64,000 nt of DNA, taken from the NCBI GenBank assembly GCA_050246755.1, contig JBFWVL010000002.1, positions 32,001-96,000 of the forward strand. The letters run 5' to 3'. Each line of letters opens with the position of its first letter. Position 1 is the stretch's first letter. This DNA comes from Bacteriovoracia bacterium. Its GTDB lineage: Bacteria; Bdellovibrionota; UBA1018; CAIPTA01. Below are positions 1 to 9,635 of the stretch, in pieces. Made by a program: the position numbers and the translations under genes. The notes under the pieces were generated by a model, which searched no databases, was not told where the DNA came from, and saw nothing but the letters and a program-made list of their open reading frames with translations.

Positions 1-455
1 AGCATGGAATTTCTCAAAGCGATGAAGCCGAGGCGGCCGCGATTGAATTTTCCGTCGAATCCCTTAACGTTTCCGATATTATCGTGTGCGGTCATTCGGA
101 ATGTGGTGCGATGCGAGCGCTCATGGGCAACCGGCATACGGTGGCATTTCCCAATTTAAAAAGCTGGCTACGCCACGGGGATGAAGCGGTGGAGCGCCTG
201 AGGGCAGGGGCCGCCCTGGATAAGATGATGCCCGAGCACAATCAGCTTTCCCAGCTCAACGTTTTGCTCCAGATGGAGCACGTGAAATCCTACCCGGCGG
301 TGAAGAAACGCATCGAAGAAAAACGCCTGGCGGTGCATGGGTGGTGGTTTGATATCGCCCGCGCGGAAGTGTACGTGCACGATGATGAGTCCAATCTTTT
401 TGTGCTCATCGATGAAGAAGGCGCCGAGCGGATGCTGGCTAAGCACACCAGGTAA
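1..455 (+). CDS. Beta-class carbonic anhydrase, 5' end outside window
   Basis: Frame is open from base 3 (..EAAAIEFSVESLNVSDIIVCGHSECGAM..); has the CGHxxCG Zn motif and C-terminal VHGWWFDI. Confidence 0.9.
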   Translation, partial: HGISQSDEAEAAAIEFSVESLNVSDIIVCGHSECGAMRALMGNRHTVAFPNLKSWLRHGDEAVERLRAGAALDKMMPEHNQLSQLNVLLQMEHVKSYPAVKKRIEEKRLAVHGWWFDIARAEVYVHDDESNLFVLIDEEGAERMLAKHTR

Positions 456-618
456 AAGTCAGCCGCGGCAAATGGCTAAAAACAAATGTTCTAGTTTGTG
501 GAGTATGGCCGCTCGGCCAGATGGGCAAATTTCCGCAGTCAAAAAAATGCCGCTTGTCCCGGTACTCTGCCGCGCAGGTAAAACCGAAAACTATGTTTCA
601 ATTTTAGTGGAGGCAAAA

Positions 619-1083
619 ATGAAAACAAGTTTTTCCCGCAGGATACCCACTGAATTAAAACCGGACGACTTATGGAGGTTCGTAGCCTCCTCGTTGCGAA
701 ATTCAGACGCGCAACGCCTTTGGCCTTCAGCCTTGGAAACTTCACGGGCCGAATCCCTACGCGTAGGCAGTGTGATTCACGTTACCTATCACGCTTGGAT
801 ATTGGATAAGCCCGTAAGGTACCGGGTGGCGGAGCTGAATCCCGACCAGTATAGGTTAAGTTACCATGCCACGAAGGATCATCCGTTGAAGGGCGGAGCT
901 ACCATACAAGTGCAGGCTTCAGCTAGGGGCAGCGACCTTCTTTGGAAGGGAGCCTACGAGCATCCCTGGTACTCGGCGGCCGGTTTTTTTCTCCGTTACT
1001 ATTTTCTCGAGCGTTTTTTCGATCAGCTCGAACTTGGTCTCCGCTCCCTCGAAGAGAGAGCGAAGCGCAAACGCGCTGCCTAA
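619..1083 (+). CDS. SRPBCC/polyketide cyclase-like (START-fold) protein
   Basis: GGAGG RBS before ATG 619; ~154 aa with a START-like pattern and C-terminal helix. Confidence 0.55.
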   Translation: MKTSFSRRIPTELKPDDLWRFVASSLRNSDAQRLWPSALETSRAESLRVGSVIHVTYHAWILDKPVRYRVAELNPDQYRLSYHATKDHPLKGGATIQVQASARGSDLLWKGAYEHPWYSAAGFFLRYYFLERFFDQLELGLRSLEERAKRKRAA

Positions 1084-1138
1084 GGCATGGCATCCCGCAG
1101 TATGTGTTCGGGGAGGGGGTTTGGTATGAATTTAGCCC

Positions 1139-1675
1139 ATGCCGAGCAAGCCGAAAAGTGTAGCTTTCAAATCCAAGGTTGAGAAATTCACCAACTTTTC
1201 GATGTACTACCTGGAAGTTCCCGCCAAGGCGATAAAGGTGCTCGGCGGTAAATTCCGCCTCCGGCTCATCTGCACCGTGAACAAGAAAATTTCCTTCCAG
1301 TGTGGGTTAATGGCCCTCGGGGAAGGGCGGGGTTATATCACGCTCGCGAAGAAACGCATGGAGGAGCTCGGAGTCGGCCTCGGTAGCTCTTTGAAAGTGG
1401 AACTAAGGCCTGATACCAGCAAGTACGGGATGAAGGTGCCGGCGGAGTTTCTGGAAGTCTTACGTCAGGACGACGAGGGCAGAAGGAGATTCGACGCGCT
1501 CTTGCCCGGCAAAAAGCGCACGATGCTGTTTTATATTTCCGGAACCAATAACGTGGACCTGCGGATTGAACGGTCTTTGCGTATGCTGGAGAATCTTAAA
1601 TTATTACCCAAAGGCAAAGAGACCATCTCGGGAATTTTCGGAAGGCGAGCTTCTCCCGGTAGCGGCCGCTGGTAA
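1139..1675 (+). CDS. DUF1905 + YdeI/OmpD-associated family protein
   Basis: VELRPDTSKYG-VPAEF..FDALLPGKKR pattern. Confidence 0.75.
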   Translation: MPSKPKSVAFKSKVEKFTNFSMYYLEVPAKAIKVLGGKFRLRLICTVNKKISFQCGLMALGEGRGYITLAKKRMEELGVGLGSSLKVELRPDTSKYGMKVPAEFLEVLRQDDEGRRRFDALLPGKKRTMLFYISGTNNVDLRIERSLRMLENLKLLPKGKETISGIFGRRASPGSGRW

Positions 1676-1687
1676 GGGAAAAAAATA

Positions 1688-1722
1688 AGGCCGAGGTGCT
1701 TATCGCAACCCGGCCTCATTTT
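1688..1722. terminator. Hairpin between convergent genes, probable terminator
   Basis: AGGCCG...CGGCCT stem with A-run upstream and T-run downstream. Confidence 0.5.
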
Positions 1723-1736
1723 GCAGAACCTAAAGA

Positions 1737-2057
1737 CTATTTCAGGTGCTTGCTAACCAATTTGGTCATTTCGAACATGTTCACAACGGCTTTGCCGAAA
1801 ACTGCTTTGAGTTTTGCGTCGGCATTGATGTTGCGGCGGTTTTTGGAATCTTGAAGGCCGTGCTTCTTGATGTAAACCCAGAGTTTCTTTACCACTTCCG
1901 TGCGGGGAAGGGCTTTAGGGCCGAGAACAGCAGCGAGTTTATCGCTAAGTTCTAGGGGACGCATGAATGCGGCACTTGGTTTACGTTTGCTTTTTGCGGC
2001 TTTTTTAGCAGCAGGTTTCTTAGCGGCTTTTTTCGTAGTTTTCTTTTTGGCAGCCAT
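1737..2057 (-). CDS. Stand-alone SWIB/MDM2-domain protein with Lys/Ala-rich N-terminal tail
   Basis: AFMRPL..LAAVLG..PRTEVVKKLWVYIKKHGLQD..INADAKLKAVFG..MFEMTKLVSKHL; GGAGGAG RBS. Confidence 0.9.
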   Translation of the reverse strand: MAAKKKTTKKAAKKPAAKKAAKSKRKPSAAFMRPLELSDKLAAVLGPKALPRTEVVKKLWVYIKKHGLQDSKNRRNINADAKLKAVFGKAVVNMFEMTKLVSKHLK

Positions 2058-2168
2058 TATGACTCCTCCGAGTGGGTTGTTTTTTTCCGTGTACAACACC
2101 AAGATACAGGTGATTTCCGCTTTGTCCAAAAGAAAGTGCGGATCTGCTATTCTATTTCTCCGAGGAGA

Positions 2169-2420
2169 ATGGCGATGAGTTGGTTTCTTTATCTCTTAGA
2201 ATGCGAGGACGGAAGCCTCTATACCGGGATCGCACGCGACGTAAACGCTCGTTTTGCCCTTCATTCTTCAGGGAAAGGCGCGAAATACACCCGGTCGCAT
2301 CGTCCGGTTTCCATAGTGGGATTCGCGGAATTTCCCGATCGCTCCTCTGCGTCAAAGGCGGAATACGCGGTGAAATGCCTTTCGCCAGGGGAGAAATGGT
2401 CGCTATTTTTGTCTCTTTGA
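2169..2420 (+). CDS. GIY-YIG nuclease (YhbQ/UPF0213-like)
   Basis: YLLECEDGSLYTGI..RF..H..GKGAKYTR. Confidence 0.9.
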   Translation: MAMSWFLYLLECEDGSLYTGIARDVNARFALHSSGKGAKYTRSHRPVSIVGFAEFPDRSSASKAEYAVKCLSPGEKWSLFLSL

Positions 2421-2432
2421 GGGGGGAAAACG

Positions 2433-2461
2433 AAAAAACCTCCCGCGAAGGAGGTTTTTTT
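2433..2461. terminator. Bidirectional intrinsic terminator
   Basis: AAAAAACCTCC-cgcgaa-GGAGGTTTTTT between convergent genes. Confidence 0.85.
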
Positions 2462-2478
2462 CAGGGGGAAAGGGCGCG

Positions 2479-3072
2479 CTACTTCTTGCGCTTGAAAACC
2501 ATCTCCATATTTTTGAATTCCTTCTTCGTGTTCATGTCGGGCGCCCACATGGTGTAGATCATATTATTCTTATCAATGATCTTCCATTCCGAGCGGTATT
2601 CGGCCTTTTTATCGGCTTCCATTGGGCAGGTGAACTCTCCGCTATCTTTCAGGGTATTGCTTACAGAATCGAAAGATCCAGATCCATGCATCATTCCCGT
2701 GCCCATATTGTCGGCCCAGAAAGTCTCGTATTTCTCGGTGAGATTATTGTAGCCGGTAAGCCCGAGCCCTTCAAAAGGCATGCCCATCGCTTTTCCTTTG
2801 ATGTCGTGCTGCAGGAAGCGACCGCCGAGAATCATTTTGATTGTGCTCGTACCGGAAGACTCCTCGGGCTTGGCACCTTCGGACATCCAGGCCTTCGAGG
2901 TATAGCTCCATTTTCCCGCCATCGGAGCGAGCAGTTTATGAGCGGCACTAGGGGTGGAGTACTTTTGCCACGCGGCCATCATTTCTTTCATTTTCGCGTC
3001 GCCGGGAGCGTCCTGCGCGAAAACCGAAATGCTGGATAGGGCAATGAAAGCGACAAATAGAAGCTTAGGCAT
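2479..3072 (-). CDS. Secreted DUF1579-domain protein
   Basis: Signal peptide; HKLLAPMAGKW, MILGGRFL, FEGLGLTGYNN, WADNMGTG. Confidence 0.85.
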   Translation of the reverse strand: MPKLLFVAFIALSSISVFAQDAPGDAKMKEMMAAWQKYSTPSAAHKLLAPMAGKWSYTSKAWMSEGAKPEESSGTSTIKMILGGRFLQHDIKGKAMGMPFEGLGLTGYNNLTEKYETFWADNMGTGMMHGSGSFDSVSNTLKDSGEFTCPMEADKKAEYRSEWKIIDKNNMIYTMWAPDMNTKKEFKNMEMVFKRKK

Positions 3073-3108
3073 AGATTTCTCCTCTGAGGATTGGCCGTAT
3101 GCGCCGAA

Positions 3109-3477
3109 TCAGCGAACGTTGCAAGTGGTGGAAACGGTGGTGCCCATTCCTTGGCCACCCAAAGACATGGTGCCGTTGTATTGGCCGGGGGCCGAGTAAG
3201 TGGTGCTGATCACTACGCGGCTGTCTGGGCCTTGGGCAGTGAAGCGCAGCGCCTGGTTCGGAGTGAATTGGCTGTCCACTATGGGAAGCGCGCCTTTTTC
3301 CGTTACGGTTCCGCTTTTCTTTACGACAACCATCGCGCTGCCCGCAACTTTGGAGCTGGCGGTTTTTGCACTCACGATGAATTCATAGTTCAGCATGCTG
3401 CCCGTGCAAACTACCGAGGCGGCATGCGATACGCCGCAGAATAAGAGGGAGGCTACGATAACGGCAAATTTCTGCAT
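3109..3477 (-). CDS. Small secreted beta-rich hypothetical protein
   Basis: AGGAG RBS, signal peptide ending SHA, Cys near both ends of the mature part. Confidence 0.7.
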   Translation of the reverse strand: MQKFAVIVASLLFCGVSHAASVVCTGSMLNYEFIVSAKTASSKVAGSAMVVVKKSGTVTEKGALPIVDSQFTPNQALRFTAQGPDSRVVISTTYSAPGQYNGTMSLGGQGMGTTVSTTCNVR

Positions 3478-3611
3478 TAAATTCTCCTTAAACGGGGTGG
3501 TTATTCCTAAATATGCTGCCCAGTTTTTTTCGGAATGACAATCTTTAATCCCCGGCCGATTTGCCGCGTAGGTGGTTGCCCGCGAGTCTGCCTCGGCATA
3601 TCCTGCTGGTA

Positions 3612-4352
3612 ATGGCCGATCCCATTTTTAGCGAAGACTACCGCATCACTTCTTACCTCGTGAATTTACGCCAGCGGGCTGGCCTCTATGCCATTTTGAA
3701 TCTCGTGCAAGACGTGGGCTGGCAACAGGCCGTGCACTTGGGATTTGATTTGGCGGGGCAGGGGCTTTCCTGGGTTTTTACCCGGCAGAAACTGGTGATG
3801 AGCGCCTGGCCGAACTGGAACGATACCGTGACGCTTCGAACTTGGCTGCGCCCGGCCACGAAATCTCCCTTCGTGTTTCGCGACTATGAGTTACTCGTGA
3901 AAGGGAAAAAAATTGGAGAATGCACTAGCTCCTTCACCCTGATCGATTCTACTACCCGCAAGCTCGCCATTCCCGACTGGAGCTCGTTCGAAACTGTATG
4001 GCGCAGAGACGGCTCGCTCACTCATCAACCGGAAAAAATTTTATTGCCTAGAGAGGTAAAAGACTTGGCCGCATTCGAAGTGCGCAATAGTGATCTCGAT
4101 TTGAATAACCACGTGAACAATACCAAGTACGCGCAGTGGGTGCTCGATGCCGTGCCGCTCCAGACGCTCAAGACCGCCGATCTGCACGAATACGAAATCA
4201 ATTTCCTCGCCGAGACAAAAAAAGGCGACGTGATTACATTGCAGCAGCCGGAATCGGCGCCGGTGGACGGCAACGAGCTATTCCAGGGGCTGCGCAAGGC
4301 CGACGGGAAAATCGTATTCACTTCGAGACTGAAAGTGACGCAGCATGAATGA
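3612..4352 (+). CDS. Acyl-ACP thioesterase (double hotdog fold)
   Basis: VRNSDLDLNNHVNNTKYAQW motif. Confidence 0.9.
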   Translation: MADPIFSEDYRITSYLVNLRQRAGLYAILNLVQDVGWQQAVHLGFDLAGQGLSWVFTRQKLVMSAWPNWNDTVTLRTWLRPATKSPFVFRDYELLVKGKKIGECTSSFTLIDSTTRKLAIPDWSSFETVWRRDGSLTHQPEKILLPREVKDLAAFEVRNSDLDLNNHVNNTKYAQWVLDAVPLQTLKTADLHEYEINFLAETKKGDVITLQQPESAPVDGNELFQGLRKADGKIVFTSRLKVTQHE

Positions 4353-4947
4353 ATTCCGTCCCTCCGAGCGGCGTTTTCTCCGTTCCCTGAGCACGCCCGC
4401 GAAAATTCAGTCTTTTCTCGACCGTATTCCTTACCATCTGGCCGGAACCGCCTTTTCTCCCCGCATGGTACTGAATGAAAAAACCGCGCACTGCCTCGAG
4501 GGAGCTATTTTTGCCGCCGCCGCTCTTCGTGTGAATGGACACGCTCCGCTTATCCTAGATTTAGAGGGGCACCGAGATTCCGATCACGTGATCGCCGTCT
4601 TTAGGGAAAATGGGGGCTGGGGAGCGATCGCGATCTCTAACTACGCGGGTCTTCGCTACCGGGCACCCGTTTATAGGAGTCTGCGCGAGCTCGCCATTAG
4701 TTACTTCAACGATTATTTTAATCTCCGCCGGGAGCGATCACTCCGTACTTTTTCCCGGCCGGTGAACCTGAAGCGATTCGATTCGCTGAACTGGATGACT
4801 CGAGAAGATAACGTGTGGTTCATTGCCGAATACCTCTGCGATATTCCTCATACCCGTTTGCTGACGCCGAAAATGGAAAAGACGCTAACGCTGGTAGACC
4901 AGCGGGCACTGGGTGCCGGTACCTTTGGGAAGAAATATAAAAAATAG
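4345..4947 (+). CDS. Vasohibin-like / transglutaminase-fold cysteine peptidase
   Basis: HCLEGAIFA, DHVIAV, WGAIAISN..LRYRAPVYRSLREL parallel the vasohibin CLEA / HIVLG / GALGMS..RTLSEL motifs. Confidence 0.65.
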   Translation: MNEFRPSERRFLRSLSTPAKIQSFLDRIPYHLAGTAFSPRMVLNEKTAHCLEGAIFAAAALRVNGHAPLILDLEGHRDSDHVIAVFRENGGWGAIAISNYAGLRYRAPVYRSLRELAISYFNDYFNLRRERSLRTFSRPVNLKRFDSLNWMTREDNVWFIAEYLCDIPHTRLLTPKMEKTLTLVDQRALGAGTFGKKYKK

Positions 4948-4970
4948 CTCCCCTGCAGTACAATTCTTTC

Positions 4971-5342
4971 ATGAGCATTCTTATTCTTCTCTGCATCGGT
5001 CTCGTGGCAATTTTGCATATTTATTTTCTCGTGCTGGAGATGTTTCTTTGGACTAAACCCCTCGGCAGAAAGGTATTTCGCCAGTCGCCCGAGAGGGCGG
5101 AAGCCACCGCGGTATTGGCGGCGAACCAAGGGCTATACAATGGATTTTTAGCGGGCGGGTTGCTGTGGGCCTTATTTCTGAATCTGCAGAATAATTTCCA
5201 GTTAGGCAGGCCAATAGCGATCTATTTTCTGGGCTGCGTGATTTTGGCGGGCGCTTACGGCGCCTACAGCGTGAACAAGAAAATCTTATTCGTACAAGCG
5301 TTGCCCGCCGCCGTGGCGCTGGCCTTCGTGCTTATTTCTTAA
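4971..5342 (+). CDS. DUF1304 family membrane protein
   Basis: LEMFLW..AANQGLYNGFLA..VQALPA. Confidence 0.9.
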   Translation: MSILILLCIGLVAILHIYFLVLEMFLWTKPLGRKVFRQSPERAEATAVLAANQGLYNGFLAGGLLWALFLNLQNNFQLGRPIAIYFLGCVILAGAYGAYSVNKKILFVQALPAAVALAFVLIS

Positions 5343-5799
5343 GATTCTGGTCGGAGACAATCAGGGAATGATTGGAAGCGGAAGCGATGAGCTTTCCTTC
5401 TTTAGAGTGAACCTCGGCCTTAAGCACGAGCAGTGTTTTAGATTTGGATACAACCTCAGCTTTGATCGTCACGAATTCGTCTTTTGCCGTGAAGGGTCGT
5501 AAAAAGCTAGTGCTCATTTCGATGGTCACAACCGGCCGTGCGGCCGCCATGTAGGTAAGGGGGCCGAATACCTCATCGATGGCCGCACAAAGAAATCCGC
5601 CCTGAAGCATGCGCATGGGATTCGTGAAGCGGGTATCGAATTTAATCTGGGCCGCGAGCATTTTTCCGTAGTCGATCTCTACGTACTCGGTGTTGAGGGT
5701 GCGATTTGATTGGGGCGGCATTTCGAGCGCCACGCCATTTTGGGCGAAGGCCTCGGCCATTTCTTCCATGCTCTTTCTTACTTGCTCGTGTGGACTCAT
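5332..5799 (-). CDS. PaaI family thioesterase
   Basis: NPMRMLQGG..AAIDE..VTIEMSTSFLRP. Confidence 0.85.
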   Translation of the reverse strand: MSPHEQVRKSMEEMAEAFAQNGVALEMPPQSNRTLNTEYVEIDYGKMLAAQIKFDTRFTNPMRMLQGGFLCAAIDEVFGPLTYMAAARPVVTIEMSTSFLRPFTAKDEFVTIKAEVVSKSKTLLVLKAEVHSKEGKLIASASNHSLIVSDQNLKK

Positions 5800-5815
5800 T
5801 AGAAAGAAATAGCAC

Positions 5816-6220
5816 TTAGAAATCGAGTTCGCAGTTAACTTTTTTCCCGTTGGCCTCAAGGGAGGCGTGGAAGTAGGAGTCGTCCGCGGTCAGGGCGGTA
5901 AGCTTTCCTTGGCCGGGGATTTCGTACTCTCTCACGTAAGAGCCGTCGTCCTGATAAGACTGCGTAAGCACCACGGCACTGTCGTTGCGGACGTCGAGCC
6001 AAGTGAGGCCTTCCTCCGAGATCATGCCCAAACGAATGCCGCCGTCAAAACGCTGAATTTTTAAAGCGCACTCTTGGCCTTCGCCGATCATCAGGGAGAA
6101 GTTTCTCGCATCGGATTCGAGCTCATTCACCGAAGCCAGCTTTTGCGGCAATACCGCCAGCGCAGGTTGGGCGGCGAAGAGGGTGAGGGCTAGCAGGCTT
6201 AGGGGCAGTATATTTTTCAT
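5816..6220 (-). CDS. Secreted hypothetical protein
   Basis: GGAG RBS, signal peptide (ALA), two Cys. Confidence 0.7.
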   Translation of the reverse strand: MKNILPLSLLALTLFAAQPALAVLPQKLASVNELESDARNFSLMIGEGQECALKIQRFDGGIRLGMISEEGLTWLDVRNDSAVVLTQSYQDDGSYVREYEIPGQGKLTALTADDSYFHASLEANGKKVNCELDF

Positions 6221-6329
6221 AAATTCTCCGAACCAGTTTATGGGCAGAAGCTACTCCTCTCGTATTTATTATGCAAAATAATACGTTAAGGCATATTTGT
6301 ATTCTCTTTATGAATAATAAAAATGAGGC

Positions 6330-7247
6330 CTAAAGGATGGTTCCCTTGGAATTGCGCGTCGGCTCTTCGGGAAGAGGAATAAATTCACTTTCGTCGCCGG
6401 GAACTTTCGGAAAACGGCTGCCCGCTTCTCCAGGCCCTTTGCTCCATGCGGCTTTTGCCTCCGTGATATTTTTTTCCGAGCTCGAAACGAAATTCCAGTC
6501 GATAAAACGCCGCCCCAGCGGTTTGCCGCCAAAGAGCATTACCCGCGAAGGAGCCAGCGCTTCCATCGTAAGGTCGGTACCCACACGGCCGATTCCCATC
6601 GAAAATTCCTTCAATTCTTTTTCTTCCACTTTCAGGGAGCCGCTTACCACGTATAAGCCCGTCTCCTGATTCTCGGCGGGGAGAGTTAGCTTGGTGCCCT
6701 GAGGGAACACGGCATCAACGTAAAATAGTTCTGAGCCGGCCGCAGCGGCGCTGGTTTTTCCGAAGGCCGATCCAAGAAGGAGCTTTAATTTTACTCCGCC
6801 GAGTGTAAATTCCGGGAAGCTTTCCGCCGGGTGATGCACGAAACTGGGCGGTACGTCTTCGCTGCCTTCCGGCAGCGCCACCCAAAGCTGAATTCCGCTC
6901 AGGCGCCCGCCCGCCTTTCGCAAATCATCCGGCGTGCGTTCCGAGTGCACTATTCCGTGCCCCGCCGTCATCCAGTTGATGGCACCCGGCTCGATCAGCT
7001 GCTTGGATCCGAGGCTGTCGCGGTGAAGGATTTTCCCTTCGAAAAGGTAGGTTACGGTGGCGAGGTGAATATGGGGGTGAGGCCTTACGTCGAGGCCCTC
7101 ACCGGGCGCAAAGGCGGCAGGGCCCATATGGTCGAAAAAGATAAAAGGACCAACCATCCGATGCGAAGCGTAAGGGAGGAGTCGGCGCACCGAAAAACCG
7201 CCGAGGTCTTTTTCGCGCGAGGTGATAACGAGTGATAAATTTCCCAT
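6330..7247 (-). CDS. Pirin family protein
   Basis: GPFIFFDH, PHPHI, NWMTAGHGIVHSE, IQLWV. Confidence 0.95.
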   Translation of the reverse strand: MGNLSLVITSREKDLGGFSVRRLLPYASHRMVGPFIFFDHMGPAAFAPGEGLDVRPHPHIHLATVTYLFEGKILHRDSLGSKQLIEPGAINWMTAGHGIVHSERTPDDLRKAGGRLSGIQLWVALPEGSEDVPPSFVHHPAESFPEFTLGGVKLKLLLGSAFGKTSAAAAGSELFYVDAVFPQGTKLTLPAENQETGLYVVSGSLKVEEKELKEFSMGIGRVGTDLTMEALAPSRVMLFGGKPLGRRFIDWNFVSSSEKNITEAKAAWSKGPGEAGSRFPKVPGDESEFIPLPEEPTRNSKGTIL

Positions 7248-7277
7248 GCCCTACACTTACGGACTTTAACTGGTCTG

Positions 7278-7985
7278 TCAAATTTGCGCGGCGGTTTTGA
7301 CGGCAGCGGTGGGGGAGAGGCGGTAGCCGGATCCCTTCACGGATTCGATATAGGAAGAAAGAGGGCCGAGCTTTTTGCGGATGGCGGAAATGTGGGTATC
7401 TATGGTGCGGTCAAAAACGGAACTTGCGTTACCCCAAACGGCGTCGAGCAACTGCTCGCGGCTGAGGATATTATTTTCATTCTTGGCGAGAAATACCAAA
7501 AGCTTGAATTCCCGGCCAGTGAGCTTAATGGTTTTTTGATTCTGAAGGTCGAAGGCTTGCTGACGGTCGAGGTCGATCTGCAGCTGGCCGATTTTAAATA
7601 CATTTTTATTCGACTTCTGGCGGAAAAGCTTCTTTACTTGCGCGTCGAGGCGGGCCGCGAGCTCCGTTACTTCGAAAGGTTTTACGATATAGTCTTCCGC
7701 GCCGAGTGCGAAAGCGGCCACTTTAATGGCCACTTCCTGCTTGCCGGTAATAAAGATCACGGGAATTTCGCTCGAAGCGGTCTGAATTTCGGAGAAAAAT
7801 TGAAAGCCATCTTCGTCGGGGAGGGAGAGATCCAGAAGAATCATATCCGGGAAGGCCGCGCCGGCGGACGCACGTGCCTCGGCCGCAGTGGAAACACATT
7901 CCACCTTCACTTCGTGCCGCGCCAAGATTTTCGCCAGAAGAAACTGCGTTTGGAGGCAGTCCTCGATCACTAGTATTTTCTTCAC
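7278..7985 (-). CDS. OmpR/PhoB-family response regulator
   Basis: Receiver domain (ED, LLD, KP) plus winged helix (RTIDTHISAIRKK..GSGYR). Confidence 0.92.
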   Translation of the reverse strand: MKKILVIEDCLQTQFLLAKILARHEVKVECVSTAAEARASAGAAFPDMILLDLSLPDEDGFQFFSEIQTASSEIPVIFITGKQEVAIKVAAFALGAEDYIVKPFEVTELAARLDAQVKKLFRQKSNKNVFKIGQLQIDLDRQQAFDLQNQKTIKLTGREFKLLVFLAKNENNILSREQLLDAVWGNASSVFDRTIDTHISAIRKKLGPLSSYIESVKGSGYRLSPTAAVKTAAQI

Positions 7986-8201
7986 GTACTACCCATCGGA
8001 AGTACGCGAAGAAAACCTTTCAGGATGAGACGTTTTTTTGCCAGATTTACGTGGCAGCGTGTTTTTAGGGGGCGTTCTCGCTTCCTAAGGAAGGGCTTTG
8101 GAGGGGCTGACACGCCTAATTTTGTTTCCGGCATCGTCGGCTATTATTATTCGAGGATCCCACCGTTTTTGAAGGAACAGGCAAAAATGAGTCAAGCCAA
8201 G

Positions 8202-9443
8202 CTAGTGGAGCGGCGCCACAATTTCCTCGGCCGAAGGAACGGCTTCTAGCCCCTCCGGCATTCTTCGTTTTCCGAATAGGAAAACCAGCAAGGCGGCGGA
8301 AGACGAAGTGGCAAAAATAGCGACGATGGGAAAAGTTTGGCGCGCATCGAGTAACCCAATGCCCATTGAGGCCAGGGCGCCGGCGCCAATTTGGAGGAAG
8401 CCGAGTAGAGCGGAGGCGCTGCCGGCATTTCGGGAAAAAGGCGCGAGCGCGAGGGCCGCCGCATTCGGGTAAAGAAAGCCGAGGGTAGATAAATACGCGA
8501 AGAGCATGGCGATGGTAGTTAGCAAGCCAAACCAGCCGGCGGCGGTGCCCACCAGAAAGAAAAAGGCCATGGCTACTTGGGCGCAGAGGGCGGCCTGGTA
8601 AATGCTTTCGGGACGAAAGCGGCGCGAGAGCAAAATATTCACCTGGCCGGCGCCGATAAAGCCTACCGAGAGCAGGGCAAAGATTCCGCCGTAGGTCTGG
8701 GCTGAAACGTGAAACACTTCCATGAAAATAATCGGCGATCCCGCCACGTAAGCGAAGAGGCTAGCAAAGGAAAGCGAGCCCGATAGCGCGTAGGTGAAAA
8801 ATTGGGGGTCGCGGAAAATTTCGGCATAGCCGCGCAAAATCGGCACGATCCGGAGTGAGATGGAAGAGTCTGGCTGATGACCTTCGGGTAAAACGAAAAA
8901 AGTAACTGCGAGGATAGCCGCCACCACGAGCAGAAGAAAAATAAATACCGCGTGCCAGCCGAAGTGCACCGAAATAAAACTTCCGGCCGTGGGTGCCAAA
9001 AGGGGCGAAACGCTGAGGATGAGCATCAGCATGGAAAAAACCTTGGCGCCTTCCTTGACCGGAAAGAAATCGCGCACCATCGCCGTGGCGGCCACTCCGG
9101 CGGCGCAGCCCCCGAGGGCTTGCAGGAAACGGAAAGCGATCAGGGCCTCCACGGTATGGGAATAAAGGCAGCCAACCGAAGCCAAGATAAAAAGTAGGAG
9201 GCCAAAATGAAGGGGGGGCTTTCTGCCAAATCGATCGAGCACCGGGCCGTAGAATAGCTGGCCCACCGAAAGGCCCACGAAGTAGCTCGATAGTGACAAC
9301 GCAACTTTTCCCACCGTGCTATTGAGGTCGGTGGCGATTTGCGGAAAGGCGGCTAGGTACATGTCGATCGCGAGAGGGCTGATCGTGGTGAGTGCCCCGA
9401 GAATCAAGATCAGCACGAAATTACTTCTCGGGGTCACGGTCAT
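8202..9443 (-). CDS. Bcr/CflA-family MFS efflux transporter
   Basis: IDMYL, GPVLDRFGRKP, about 12 TM segments. Confidence 0.93.
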   Translation of the reverse strand: MTVTPRSNFVLILILGALTTISPLAIDMYLAAFPQIATDLNSTVGKVALSLSSYFVGLSVGQLFYGPVLDRFGRKPPLHFGLLLFILASVGCLYSHTVEALIAFRFLQALGGCAAGVAATAMVRDFFPVKEGAKVFSMLMLILSVSPLLAPTAGSFISVHFGWHAVFIFLLLVVAAILAVTFFVLPEGHQPDSSISLRIVPILRGYAEIFRDPQFFTYALSGSLSFASLFAYVAGSPIIFMEVFHVSAQTYGGIFALLSVGFIGAGQVNILLSRRFRPESIYQAALCAQVAMAFFFLVGTAAGWFGLLTTIAMLFAYLSTLGFLYPNAAALALAPFSRNAGSASALLGFLQIGAGALASMGIGLLDARQTFPIVAIFATSSSAALLVFLFGKRRMPEGLEAVPSAEEIVAPLH

Positions 9444-9445
9444 TT

Positions 9446-9625
9446 TTATTCCAGTTCTTTGAGGTAGCTGACCACTTTTTCCACCCACGCCACTCGTTCC
9501 ACCGGCGTGGCTTGGGCCGGGCTGCGGTTTTCGAGGATGGGGGATGAAGGCTCGCCTTCGGCAAATTTTTGCACGAAGGCGAGGAGGGATGCGAGTACTA
9601 ATAGTAGAAAAAAGTGATTCCGCAT
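9446..9625 (-). CDS. Small exported/membrane peptide (59 aa)
   Basis: Fills the gap between SDR and MFS; hydrophobic N-terminus; ENRSPA motif. Confidence 0.5.
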   Translation of the reverse strand: MRNHFFLLLVLASLLAFVQKFAEGEPSSPILENRSPAQATPVERVAWVEKVVSYLKELE

Positions 9626-9635
9626 AACGGTACCG

